From: an uncultured archaeon
GTDB taxonomy: Archaea > Micrarchaeota > Micrarchaeia > Micrarchaeales > CABMGC01
DNA length: 32,000 nucleotides
Assembly (NCBI GenBank): GCA_963704435.1
Contig: OY969902.1
Span: 360,001-392,000 of the forward strand
Direction of reading: 5' to 3'
Each line of letters opens with the position of its first letter. Positions within the stretch are counted from its first letter, which is position 1. Of this stretch, positions 21,010 through 30,034 are shown in pieces. The translations under genes and the position numbers were made by a program. The notes under the pieces were generated by a model. It did no database searches, had not been told where the DNA came from, and saw nothing but the letters and a program-made list of their open reading frames with translations.

Positions 21010-22920
21010 ATGCGGCTCGATAACGGCAAGGTCCTCTACGCCGAGCTATTCGTATTGCTGGTGATGCTTCTCGCGTATTGCGAGGGCACGTCCTTCATCA
21101 TCTTCCTGTCCGAGCAGATATCCATCGTCGGGCTCGCGTTCTATCTCCTGGCATTCGCCTACCTCATAGCATATGCCTATTGGAACTGCGCTGGCATGGG
21201 CGCACGCGGGACGAGCCACTGCTCCCTCGCGCTGCACGCCATGTTCATGGGGGCCGTTGCGGTCTTCCTGCTGCCCTTCGCGCTCGGAACTCAGATGTAC
21301 CCGGACATCCTGCTGAAGTCGGCCTACACATTCGAGTCGTTCGGCGTGTTCTTCGCCGTATTCATACCCCTCTTCTTCCTGACGTTCGTCGCCGCGTACC
21401 TGGCCAGGCAGAGGAAGGACTACAGGCACGCCCTGCTGCTGTTCATCGTGGCATTCCTAGTGCTGCTGATTCTCTTCTCCGCTAAGTTCCTGGTGAAGGG
21501 ATTCATCGCCGACGACGAGGAATTCCTAGCGGCGCAGAGCGTACATGCGATGCTCAGCGGCGCAAACCCATATGCAATGAACCTGGCTGGGCTAATCTAT
21601 GACAACTCCAGCGTGGTGGTCCCATCAATGACGGCCACTAACAGGATAATAGGGACGATGGTCTACCCTGCCCTGTTCTTCCTCACGTTCGTGCCCTTCT
21701 ACTTCGCTTCGCCGCTCACGCTGCAGAACATAGGCGGCATAGACCTACCCCTGCAAGCCGCGGTATTCGCGTTCGCGCTGCTTGCGGTCTTCGCATTCAC
21801 CGTGAACAAGGAGGACCTGTTCAAGCCGCGCGTCACGCTCCTCGCGCTGTTCGTCGTCGTGCTGGTGTACTACGTCTCATCCATAACGACGTACCTGATG
21901 CTCGCGCTGATGCTGCTAGCGTACGCGAAGATAGACTCGAAGTATGCGTGGATCCCGCTCGGGCTCTGCCTCTCGATACAGGAGGAGCTCTGGCTGCCCA
22001 TGCTATTCCTGCTCGTGTACTCATTGAACCGGCACGGCGCCAGGCGAGCGGCACTGAACGCGCTGGGCGCTGCGGCCGTGTTCCTTGCGTTCAACGCGTA
22101 TTTCATCGCGCTCGGGCCTGCGACATACGTCGGCGCGATATTCTCGCCCCTGAGCAAGATGCTTCTCCCTATAACCCCCTCTCCTATCGGCCTCCTGTTG
22201 ATGAGCGCCTTCCCGGTGCAGCTGCAGACATACTCGGCGGTGTTCGTGCTTGCCGCTGCGTTGCTGCTTCTTGTGTTCATGTACAGGAGCAGGAAGGAAC
22301 TGATACCGCTGTTCGGGTTCCTGCCGCTGCTTGTGCTTCCCCACCTGCTGCCGGCCTATTACATCCTCTTCCTCTTCTTCGCCCTATTCGCTGTGTGCAC
22401 TGCCGAAGGAAAACGCCGGAGCCTTGGCGTGGCCGAGGCATTCCTTCGCAAGAGGAAGCCGGTCCTTGCATGCGCGATTGTTATTGTTGTCGCCTGCACG
22501 GCGCTCGTACTCCTCTCTTCGCATGCGGCGTACGAAAGGAACTTCAACATATCATTGCAGGGCCAGAGCCTCTACCCACTTGCGGGCACGAACTCCACCG
22601 CCTACAACGCCAGCATAAGATATTCCGACCTTGAAAACGACACGGTCTATATGATGGTCATTGCGCATGCGGGCTTCTCCTCGGGGATCTTCGGCCTGCT
22701 GAACGATACGATCATAGTCCCTGCGCCTACGCCCGCGTGCGCAGCGTATGAGTGCTACGTCAACACGAACAGGATAGTGCTCTCGCAGAACGGGACGCAG
22801 GCCCTGGTGAGCGCCTTGCTGCCGCAGCTGAACGGTACCGACGTGGACTACGCGGACGTCGTCCTGTACAACGGCGAATACGTATACCTGGGGGCCAGCC
22901 TGCGCAGCGCGGGCAGGTAG
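21010..22920 (+). CDS. Large polytopic membrane protein, GT-C-type glycosyltransferase-like
   Basis: About 13 TM segments. The acidic loop FIADDEEFLAAQSVHAMLSGANPY...TMVYPALFFL resembles the Dx(D/E)...G.(S/N)PY...YPP loop of PIG-M/GT87/DUF2029-type mannosyltransferases. The C-terminal ectodomain of about 130 aa has 6 N-x-S/T sequons. TATA-like GTTAAATT at about 20981-20988. Confidence 0.45.
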   Translation: MRLDNGKVLYAELFVLLVMLLAYCEGTSFIIFLSEQISIVGLAFYLLAFAYLIAYAYWNCAGMGARGTSHCSLALHAMFMGAVAVFLLPFALGTQMYPDILLKSAYTFESFGVFFAVFIPLFFLTFVAAYLARQRKDYRHALLLFIVAFLVLLILFSAKFLVKGFIADDEEFLAAQSVHAMLSGANPYAMNLAGLIYDNSSVVVPSMTATNRIIGTMVYPALFFLTFVPFYFASPLTLQNIGGIDLPLQAAVFAFALLAVFAFTVNKEDLFKPRVTLLALFVVVLVYYVSSITTYLMLALMLLAYAKIDSKYAWIPLGLCLSIQEELWLPMLFLLVYSLNRHGARRAALNALGAAAVFLAFNAYFIALGPATYVGAIFSPLSKMLLPITPSPIGLLLMSAFPVQLQTYSAVFVLAAALLLLVFMYRSRKELIPLFGFLPLLVLPHLLPAYYILFLFFALFAVCTAEGKRRSLGVAEAFLRKRKPVLACAIVIVVACTALVLLSSHAAYERNFNISLQGQSLYPLAGTNSTAYNASIRYSDLENDTVYMMVIAHAGFSSGIFGLLNDTIIVPAPTPACAAYECYVNTNRIVLSQNGTQALVSALLPQLNGTDVDYADVVLYNGEYVYLGASLRSAGR

Positions 22921-22969
22921 CGGCTCCTTTAAGAGTATTTTTTAATGTTGCGTGCATTGTATAGAAAAC

Positions 22970-23710
22970 ATGAGGAACGTCAACATCCTTACAGACACGT
23001 GGGAAACGTACGTGGACAACATAAAGCTCGTCCTGCTCTTCTCGATACCCTTCTTCATATCGCTCGTCATACCGCTGTTCGTGAGCCTCCCGACCTACAT
23101 ATCCGGCGGGGGCATATTCCTCAGGAGCGCCAGCGTGTTCCTTAACCTCAACCCCGTCGCAGTTGGGGTCATAATCGTCTCGATGTTCCTGTCCCTGCTC
23201 TTCCTGAGCTTCGCGCTGGTCGCGATAGCGCTGATAGTCAGGGCGAAGAGGACCCACACCCGGCACGCCGGGAACGTCATAAGGGACATAGAGAAGTACA
23301 CGGGCAGGGTCTTCGTGATGCTGCTGGCGGCCGCGGGCGCGCTCACCGTGGTCGACATACTGAGCTACTTCATCGGCCTGCAGGGCATAGCGACCCCGAT
23401 AGCCGGGTTCGTGATCTTCACGGTGCTGTTCTACGCGCCGACCGCGATAGTCGTTGAGAACAAGAGGATAGGCCCCGCGATAGTGCAGAGCGCGCGGCTT
23501 GTCGCCAAGGAGCCCGGATACTACATCGCGTGGCTTGTGCTCGTCGTGCTGGTGCTCTCCGTGCTGGACGTGGTGCTTATGGCGCTGCCGTACGGCACCT
23601 TCCTGTCGAGGTACGGCCTGCTGGTCGTGAACTCGGTCTTCATACTCCCCTACTTCGTCATCTACCAGGCGGAGGCGTACATGAGGAGATTCCCTCTGCT
23701 GAAGCACTGA
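22970..23710 (+). CDS. Hypothetical 6-TM membrane protein
   Basis: Hydrophobic helices throughout. ATG-22970 is preferred over GTG-22952 because of the AT-rich box at 22927-22944. No recognisable catalytic motif. Confidence 0.7.
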   Translation: MRNVNILTDTWETYVDNIKLVLLFSIPFFISLVIPLFVSLPTYISGGGIFLRSASVFLNLNPVAVGVIIVSMFLSLLFLSFALVAIALIVRAKRTHTRHAGNVIRDIEKYTGRVFVMLLAAAGALTVVDILSYFIGLQGIATPIAGFVIFTVLFYAPTAIVVENKRIGPAIVQSARLVAKEPGYYIAWLVLVVLVLSVLDVVLMALPYGTFLSRYGLLVVNSVFILPYFVIYQAEAYMRRFPLLKH

Positions 23711-23750
23711 ACGCTATTTATAGCTTGTCTTAGCAAAGTAAGAAGAGATC

Positions 23751-25103
23751 ATGAAGCGATGCTTCCTCGGCCTGCTGGCGCTTATTCTAGTTCTTGCAGT
23801 AGCGGCAAACGCCGCCTCTGCCGCATCGACGCCCTCCCAGACGTGCAGCGCACCTACTCTGCCTTCAACGGGCGCCACGGTAGACACAAGCCAATGCTAC
23901 CTGCCTGGCGCGCTGTCCGGAACTCCCGTCTGCTCCGCGGGCTGCTCGCTGGCCGTCTCCGCGTGCCCGCTGGGATCCCTTGGGAGCATATATTCCTGCG
24001 TATCGTCTTCGGAAGCCGCCTGCTCCGCTGCGCAGGCGATCGCTACTCCAACCAATGCGATAGCGATTTCGCTCCTCGCGCTCACGGTATCGTTCGACGT
24101 CGTCGCCGTCGCGTACATGCTGTCGAAGATATTCCCGCACACCGGGATAAAGGAATGGATAAGCAAGGAGTACTGGGAGATAACGAAGTCCGCGATGCTG
24201 ATAATCTCGATCTACGCGATAATCTCTATACTGGGCAACATCGCCCTCTTGGTCGCGGGCAGCTCGATCCCTGCCCCCGGCACCGGACTGACGACATGCA
24301 ATTCTGGCACATGCGGGCTGGTCGCTGGGGCGTGCGCATACCTTTCAACGGAGAACACTTACTTAGAAGGTACGTTCAGCTATCTCATAGGTCTAAGTGA
24401 GGGAATCGGAGCACTGCAGTCCGTTAAAGTAACGGCATTTTTCCCAATTGAAGCAATTTATGTGGTCTTCAAGTCGGGATTCACGGTTCCAGTGTATACG
24501 AACAACATGCTCGGGACGAGCGTGCCGGGCATAGCGGAATCGCAGTCGCTGATCAACGACGTATTCAACATACTGGCCTTTCCGCTGGCGTTCATCATCG
24601 GCGCGCAGCTGGCCGTGCTTCCGGTGCTGTTCGTGCTCGGGCTTGCGTTCCTGATACCCTTGGGCCTCATACTCCGCGCCTTCCCGTTCGTGAGGGGCAT
24701 CGGCGGGACGTTCATAGCCGTAGGCATAGGCGTAGCGCTCATTTACCCCGCGCTGCTGGTGCTGCTCAACGCGCCGATCACCTCCGCGCTGCAGGGCACG
24801 GCGTTGGCCGCTCCTCCGCAGTCCCCTCAGGTAGGAAATGGAATAATAGCCACGCTCGCTGGGATAGTCTTTTCCATAATGGGAGGATCTGCGTCCGCAG
24901 GCATAGGGACTGCGCTGGACAGCATAAACACGATATACCCTGCGATTAACGGAATACTCTACTACAGCACGTACCTCATGCTCCAGTTGTTCCTGTTCAT
25001 ACTCGACATCACGATAGCGTTCCCGCTTGTCGATAACATCGCAAGAATGCTCGGCAGTTCGGGAATAAGGCTCTCGATAGCAGGCAAGATAAAGCTCGTG
25101 TAG
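23751..25103 (+). CDS. Polytopic membrane protein, paralog 1 of 6 (VirB6/CedA-like by topology and context only)
   Basis: Signal peptide (..AVAANA/ASAAS) and a Cys-rich N-terminal ectodomain. Motif 1: GIKEWISKEYWE. Motif 2: LILRAFPFVRGIGGTFIAVGIGVALIYP. C-terminus ..GKIKLV. TATA-like TATTTATA at 23715-23722. Confidence 0.8.
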   Translation: MKRCFLGLLALILVLAVAANAASAASTPSQTCSAPTLPSTGATVDTSQCYLPGALSGTPVCSAGCSLAVSACPLGSLGSIYSCVSSSEAACSAAQAIATPTNAIAISLLALTVSFDVVAVAYMLSKIFPHTGIKEWISKEYWEITKSAMLIISIYAIISILGNIALLVAGSSIPAPGTGLTTCNSGTCGLVAGACAYLSTENTYLEGTFSYLIGLSEGIGALQSVKVTAFFPIEAIYVVFKSGFTVPVYTNNMLGTSVPGIAESQSLINDVFNILAFPLAFIIGAQLAVLPVLFVLGLAFLIPLGLILRAFPFVRGIGGTFIAVGIGVALIYPALLVLLNAPITSALQGTALAAPPQSPQVGNGIIATLAGIVFSIMGGSASAGIGTALDSINTIYPAINGILYYSTYLMLQLFLFILDITIAFPLVDNIARMLGSSGIRLSIAGKIKLV

Positions 25104-25111
25104 GTGCTAGC

Positions 25112-26302
25112 ATGGCGTTCGGATCTCTAGGATTGCTTCTTCAGGCGTGCGGATTCGCGAGCCTGAACACCGGAGACTGGATAGGCATCAACACGCTTGT
25201 TGTCCTGCTTGGCATAACCGTGGCCGCATTCATCTACGCCTTGGCGAACTTCCTAACCGTTGAGAGGAGGGAGAAGCTAAAGGGTTATGTCAGGTACGAG
25301 ATCCTCGAGGCGGCGTTCAGCGCGATAATCCTCGTGTCTCTCATACTCATCGCCTCCTTCGCGTGCAGCGCGGGAGGCCTGCTGTACGGGCAGAGCGGCT
25401 ACACGGGCCTCTTCGCCTCATCCGACACGTACGTCGGGAACCTCCTGTTCGTAAGCGGTCTCAGCGCGCTGGGGAACATCTTCACTGTCGGAACGCAGTA
25501 CACCGTCATTTCGAACATCGCGCAGGGAATATCAGCGGGCTACCTCGAATCTATCTCAGAGAACTACTCTGTGCCAGTACTAGGGGGCTATGCCTCTATT
25601 TCACCAGACACGAAGATAACCGATCTGTTCACCAAGTTCTCCGCGCTCTTTTTCACGCTTGTCGATACGATGGCTATCTCGTTTGGAGGCCTGTTCATAC
25701 TGTTCGTTATGCTTCCAATAATAAGCGCGACCGCGCTAACTGTAGTGGCGCCTACGGCGCTTCTGATGAGGTCGCTGAGCTTCATGGGGCCTCAGTTGAG
25801 GAGGACTTCCAACCTATTCCTCGCCATGGCCATAGGCTTCTATTTCGTGCTGCCCTTGATGATAGGCACCAACGCTTATGTGGCCAGCTGCTTGAACATA
25901 TATGCATCCCCTTCGCAGCCTTCCTGCAACTATCCCTTCTTCCCAGGATATACCGGACCTTACACCCTGTTTTCGGTTTCTACATCCTCGCTGTTCGGCT
26001 CGGGCGCCACGTATCCGCTCAGCTCCTCCAACTTGCCAAGCTTTGCAAATGGCATCTCAGTTCCACTGAGCTTCTTCGGGTCTGCGTTTTTAAGCACGAG
26101 TGGTCTAGGACAGCTGTTTACTATCATATTTAACGGACCTCAACTCGCAGCGCAGTATGCCTCGGCTACCGCGGCGTACGTATTCATGGGAATCATAATG
26201 GTCGCGCTGGACCTAGGCGTGACCGTGGGCTTCATAATGGGAATCGCGAGGGGCTTGGACTCGCTCGGCAGATTTTCAGGAGGGTCGTTCTTTGGTGGTT
26301 GA
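25112..26302 (+). CDS. Polytopic membrane protein, paralog 2 of 6 (most divergent)
   Basis: Motif 1: EKLKGYVRYEILE. Degenerate motif 2: LLMRSLSFMGPQLRRTSNLFLAMAIGFYFVLP. AGGTG lies 8 nt upstream of the ATG. Confidence 0.8.
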   Translation: MAFGSLGLLLQACGFASLNTGDWIGINTLVVLLGITVAAFIYALANFLTVERREKLKGYVRYEILEAAFSAIILVSLILIASFACSAGGLLYGQSGYTGLFASSDTYVGNLLFVSGLSALGNIFTVGTQYTVISNIAQGISAGYLESISENYSVPVLGGYASISPDTKITDLFTKFSALFFTLVDTMAISFGGLFILFVMLPIISATALTVVAPTALLMRSLSFMGPQLRRTSNLFLAMAIGFYFVLPLMIGTNAYVASCLNIYASPSQPSCNYPFFPGYTGPYTLFSVSTSSLFGSGATYPLSSSNLPSFANGISVPLSFFGSAFLSTSGLGQLFTIIFNGPQLAAQYASATAAYVFMGIIMVALDLGVTVGFIMGIARGLDSLGRFSGGSFFGG

Positions 26303-27817
26303 TTGAGGCTCGCACTGCTCATAGTTGCGCTATTCGCGCTCCTTGCGCCTTCGCTGGCAATGGCGGCATCAGGCGGATTCATCACGAACTACTCTGAGTT
26401 CTCGCTGTGGCTGCCGGTCATAGCGCTCGCGGCGACGATGAGCGTAATGTTCACCGGAATCTATTACATCATGGGAGTGGTGCTGCAAAGCAAAGACATA
26501 AAGTCCAGAGCAATCGGAGAGTTCGGCCAGGCCGTAGGTACGGTGATCATAGTGGTGGCCCTCATCGGAATACTATGGTTCGTAGGCACGAGCGAGTTCT
26601 CCCTCGTCTCAGCCCTTGCCCCGGGCTCTCTCTCAACCGTCTGCAGTCAGCTTGGCGCGTCGCAGGTGCTACTGCTCAACAGCAATGCGCAGATTAACGA
26701 CATATCCACTCCGACGAGCGTCGTGTGCTCCGCCGTGAGCTCTCTCGCATCCGCGGGAGGAGGAGCAGCGCCCGCGTCAGGGAGTTCATCGGGAGGAACG
26801 GACATAACGCCGCAGCTGGACTACGGCCTGCTAGCGAGCTATGTCATAATGGCGAACGTTACCAACCAGGCTGCGACCAATATCAACTCCGTGTACATCT
26901 TTGAGGGATGGATGCTCTTCTTAGGAGGGGTGACCGCCAATTCCGCATTCTGCGAACCACTCACTTGTGCTGCTCCGGATACGCCAGAGGCTATTGAAGT
27001 GGACCTCTTCAGCACTCCGATGGCGGGATATGGAAACCTTCTCAACATTTTCAACCCTCTCGAAACAGAATCCTGGCTGACGTTCTACATCATGTTCGTG
27101 CAGCTTTTAGTCATAATTCTGCTGCTCCTCGCATGGCCGTATCTGCTTGCTGCGGGAATGATACTCAGGGCGACGTTCCTAACCCGAAGAGCGGGAGGCT
27201 TGATTATGGCTATAGCGGTATCGATGGCCTTGATATACCCACTTATGTATGTTCTGGAGTACAGTGCATTCGCGAACCTCAACTTGAGCCCCCTTGGTGC
27301 AGGCATGACAGCGAGCGGCGCGACAGCGAACCCCCTTCTGGACATGCCGCTATATGAAAGCCAACCTAATGCCGGGCTTCTAAGCGGCTCCAGCATAGTG
27401 ACTTACGGATCGTCGGGGCTTAATTTCTTCATACTCCCCAATGCTAAGGAGGTGATTGACAGATATTCATGCATGCCTCCGACAGACCCAACAGGAGTGC
27501 CTAACTTACTTGGGGGGGAAACGGCAGTAGCTCTGTTGTATTTGGCACCCGGACTTAGCTTTGCATCCACGCTAACGGCTGCGATAAGCGGGTTCGGCGG
27601 TGGCCTAGGTGTGGTCCCATCGATAAGCGCGTTGGGCTGCTCCCCGAACAACGCGATAAACGCGGCGCTGGCGCTGATAAACCTGTACGGGGTCGTCTTC
27701 GTCCTGGGAATCGTGCTACCAGTAATAAACGTGATGATTGCAATAGCCATGGTCCAAAGCACGGCAAGGCTTTTCGGCGGAGACACGAACATACTCGGGA
27801 TAGGGAAGCTGATATAG
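26303..27817 (+). CDS. Polytopic membrane protein, paralog 3 of 6
   Basis: TTG start immediately after the preceding stop. Signal peptide ..APSLAMA/ASGG. Motif 1: DIKSRAIGEFGQ. Motif 2: MILRATFLTRRAGGLIMAIAVSMALIYP. C-terminus ..GIGKLI. Confidence 0.8.
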   Translation: MRLALLIVALFALLAPSLAMAASGGFITNYSEFSLWLPVIALAATMSVMFTGIYYIMGVVLQSKDIKSRAIGEFGQAVGTVIIVVALIGILWFVGTSEFSLVSALAPGSLSTVCSQLGASQVLLLNSNAQINDISTPTSVVCSAVSSLASAGGGAAPASGSSSGGTDITPQLDYGLLASYVIMANVTNQAATNINSVYIFEGWMLFLGGVTANSAFCEPLTCAAPDTPEAIEVDLFSTPMAGYGNLLNIFNPLETESWLTFYIMFVQLLVIILLLLAWPYLLAAGMILRATFLTRRAGGLIMAIAVSMALIYPLMYVLEYSAFANLNLSPLGAGMTASGATANPLLDMPLYESQPNAGLLSGSSIVTYGSSGLNFFILPNAKEVIDRYSCMPPTDPTGVPNLLGGETAVALLYLAPGLSFASTLTAAISGFGGGLGVVPSISALGCSPNNAINAALALINLYGVVFVLGIVLPVINVMIAIAMVQSTARLFGGDTNILGIGKLI

Positions 27818-27830
27818 AAGAGGTTAGGAC

Positions 27831-28979
27831 ATGATAAAGGTGGTCGCTCTTATGGTGTTCGCGCTTCTTATCGCTAGCGCAGGCGCGCAGGGGCTCATCA
27901 ACATACCCGCAGGGCTGTGCCCTACCCTCTTCCCGAGCGGCGGAGCAGTATCCAGCACGGGCGTTGCGCTGGGTAACGCATCAACCTACTCGAGCATAAT
28001 AAGCATCTCGCTAATCGTGGTCCTCACCATGCTGTCGGTACTTGGAATAACGTACGCATTAGGGACCGCGTTCAACATAGAGCCCCTGAAGGCGTTCACG
28101 CGCTCCGAGCTCGCCGAGAGCATATTCAGCCTGGCGCTCATCCTGGTGCTGGGCCCTGGCCTTGCGTTCTCCGGAAGCGTAATATCCTTCATCTCTAACG
28201 TCGGGCTCGCCAGCATGCTGACGCTTCCCTCCAGCGGAACTGCAACCTTTCCCACCGCATCGGTCACGAGCGCAGGCGATGTCTACGTAGCGCTGTGCAA
28301 CAGCTACATAACTCAAGGCACGAACATAATGATATCAAATGCGTTCACGACATACGCTACGTTTACAATAATGGAGTTCATAAGATCTCTGAATTTCCCT
28401 ATCTCAGGCCAATTCGGAGTTAATGAGTTCAAGCCCTTTGCAGGCATATTCCCACTGTCGAAGGGCCTGATAAATGGCCAGCTTGAGGCATTCTATGCGA
28501 TGGTAGGCATACTGCTCGGAGTGACCTTCTTCCTCTATGTCATATATGCCATCTTCCCGCTGCTCCTGTACGCGGGGCTGTTTCTGAGGTCGCTACCGTG
28601 GACCCGCGCCGCTGGCGGCTCCTTCATCGCGATGTTCATCGCTTTCTACATATTCTTCCCAGCGATACTCTACCCTTTCTCGCTTTACATGTATTCTTCT
28701 AATGGATACACGCCACTTACAATCTCCAGCAGCGGCCAGGCCATCACTACATCGTCGTTCTTCTCAGTCGGAGCGATAGGAGCGGTGATTCCGTGGTTCT
28801 CCGGCAGCTTGATAGTCAATGAAATATACGGCTTCGCGCAGCAGGGCGCAGCAGTCGCACTGCAGATGCTTGGCGTACTCATCGCATTCGTAATCTCCTT
28901 CGACCTTGTGGAGGCATTCGGTGACCTTCTGGGAGCGCCATCGCTGCACACCAGGAAGCTTTTGGGCAAGTTGATATGA
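27831..28979 (+). CDS. Polytopic membrane protein, paralog 4 of 6
   Basis: Signal peptide ..ASAGAQG/LIN. Motif 1: PLKAFTRSELAE. Motif 2: LFLRSLPWTRAAGGSFIAMFIAFYIFFP. C-terminus ..LLGKLI. GAGGT lies 8 nt upstream. Confidence 0.8.
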   Translation: MIKVVALMVFALLIASAGAQGLINIPAGLCPTLFPSGGAVSSTGVALGNASTYSSIISISLIVVLTMLSVLGITYALGTAFNIEPLKAFTRSELAESIFSLALILVLGPGLAFSGSVISFISNVGLASMLTLPSSGTATFPTASVTSAGDVYVALCNSYITQGTNIMISNAFTTYATFTIMEFIRSLNFPISGQFGVNEFKPFAGIFPLSKGLINGQLEAFYAMVGILLGVTFFLYVIYAIFPLLLYAGLFLRSLPWTRAAGGSFIAMFIAFYIFFPAILYPFSLYMYSSNGYTPLTISSSGQAITTSSFFSVGAIGAVIPWFSGSLIVNEIYGFAQQGAAVALQMLGVLIAFVISFDLVEAFGDLLGAPSLHTRKLLGKLI

Positions 28980-30031
28980 TGAGCAACATGATACTTCTAT
29001 ACAGCATCGCGAACTATGTTACCTCGCCGTACCTCATCTGGTTCCCAGTAGTGATGTCAGGCGCACTTGCAATAGTAGGCATAATCGCTCTGGTCTACAT
29101 GCTAAGCTCGTCGATAGGCAGGGAAGACATACGGATTCAGGCGAAGATGAAGATTTACGAAATCGCAATCTCCATCCTGATGATTTTTGCGTTCCTAGTC
29201 CTCGCCACGCTCGTGACCTCGATGAACTTCGAAATGATGCTTTCCCCGTCCGGCCTCGTCCCGAAGGGCTGCACGAGCACGGTCGACATGTTCTCGCTCG
29301 CCATATGCAACCTGCACGAGTTCAATAACAACGTCCTGAACCTGACCGCACTCACTTACTGGATGGGCGTGTCGCTCTCTTTCGTGCCAAAGCTGACGCT
29401 GAATGGACAGGCCGTCGTCTCTGCGCTGACAGGCATACAAGGCTGGGGCCCAACGGCGGACGTGTCACTGCTGCCTAGCTCGTACGACGCATTCATAGGT
29501 TATCTCCTCATCGCACTGTACTTCTCCTTCATGTTGTCACAGGTGGAGATGCTACTTCTCGAGGCGTCTCTCCTGCTATTCTCGATGTTCATGGCAATAG
29601 GGCTTATAGCCAGAATCTTCGTCATCACGAGGAGCTTCGGCGGGTCGATGATTGCCCTGGCCATCGGAATCGGAATGCTCTATCCCTTCCTCGCGTGCAT
29701 AACATACGGTTACATCAATGTTGGAATGGAAGCCAATAATGCAATCTTCAGCGGCGCTACGCCTTATGTGATAATCCTGGGCATCACCTTGGCTTCGATT
29801 TCAATGATAGCCTTCACCTTGCCTGCAATCCTGGCTGCGCTTGGAGGCATATCCCTCGCGTACTTCAACGGACTGATAACAAGTGCGTTGATCTACGCAG
29901 GTCTCGCTGGAGCGGGATTATTACTGATTCCCTTCGTAAACTTCCTCATAATTGATGTTTTCATAATCGACTTCTCAAAGGTAATAGGAGAGAAGATGGA
30001 CTTCATGAAGATTCTTACCGGAATAATCTAG
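28976..30031 (+). CDS. Polytopic membrane protein, paralog 5 of 6
   Basis: ATGA overlap with paralog 4. Motif 1: DIRIQAKMKIYE. Motif 2: LIARIFVITRSFGGSMIALAIGIGMLYP. C-terminus ..LTGII. Confidence 0.8.
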   Translation: MMSNMILLYSIANYVTSPYLIWFPVVMSGALAIVGIIALVYMLSSSIGREDIRIQAKMKIYEIAISILMIFAFLVLATLVTSMNFEMMLSPSGLVPKGCTSTVDMFSLAICNLHEFNNNVLNLTALTYWMGVSLSFVPKLTLNGQAVVSALTGIQGWGPTADVSLLPSSYDAFIGYLLIALYFSFMLSQVEMLLLEASLLLFSMFMAIGLIARIFVITRSFGGSMIALAIGIGMLYPFLACITYGYINVGMEANNAIFSGATPYVIILGITLASISMIAFTLPAILAALGGISLAYFNGLITSALIYAGLAGAGLLLIPFVNFLIIDVFIIDFSKVIGEKMDFMKILTGII

Positions 30032-30034
30032 GAG

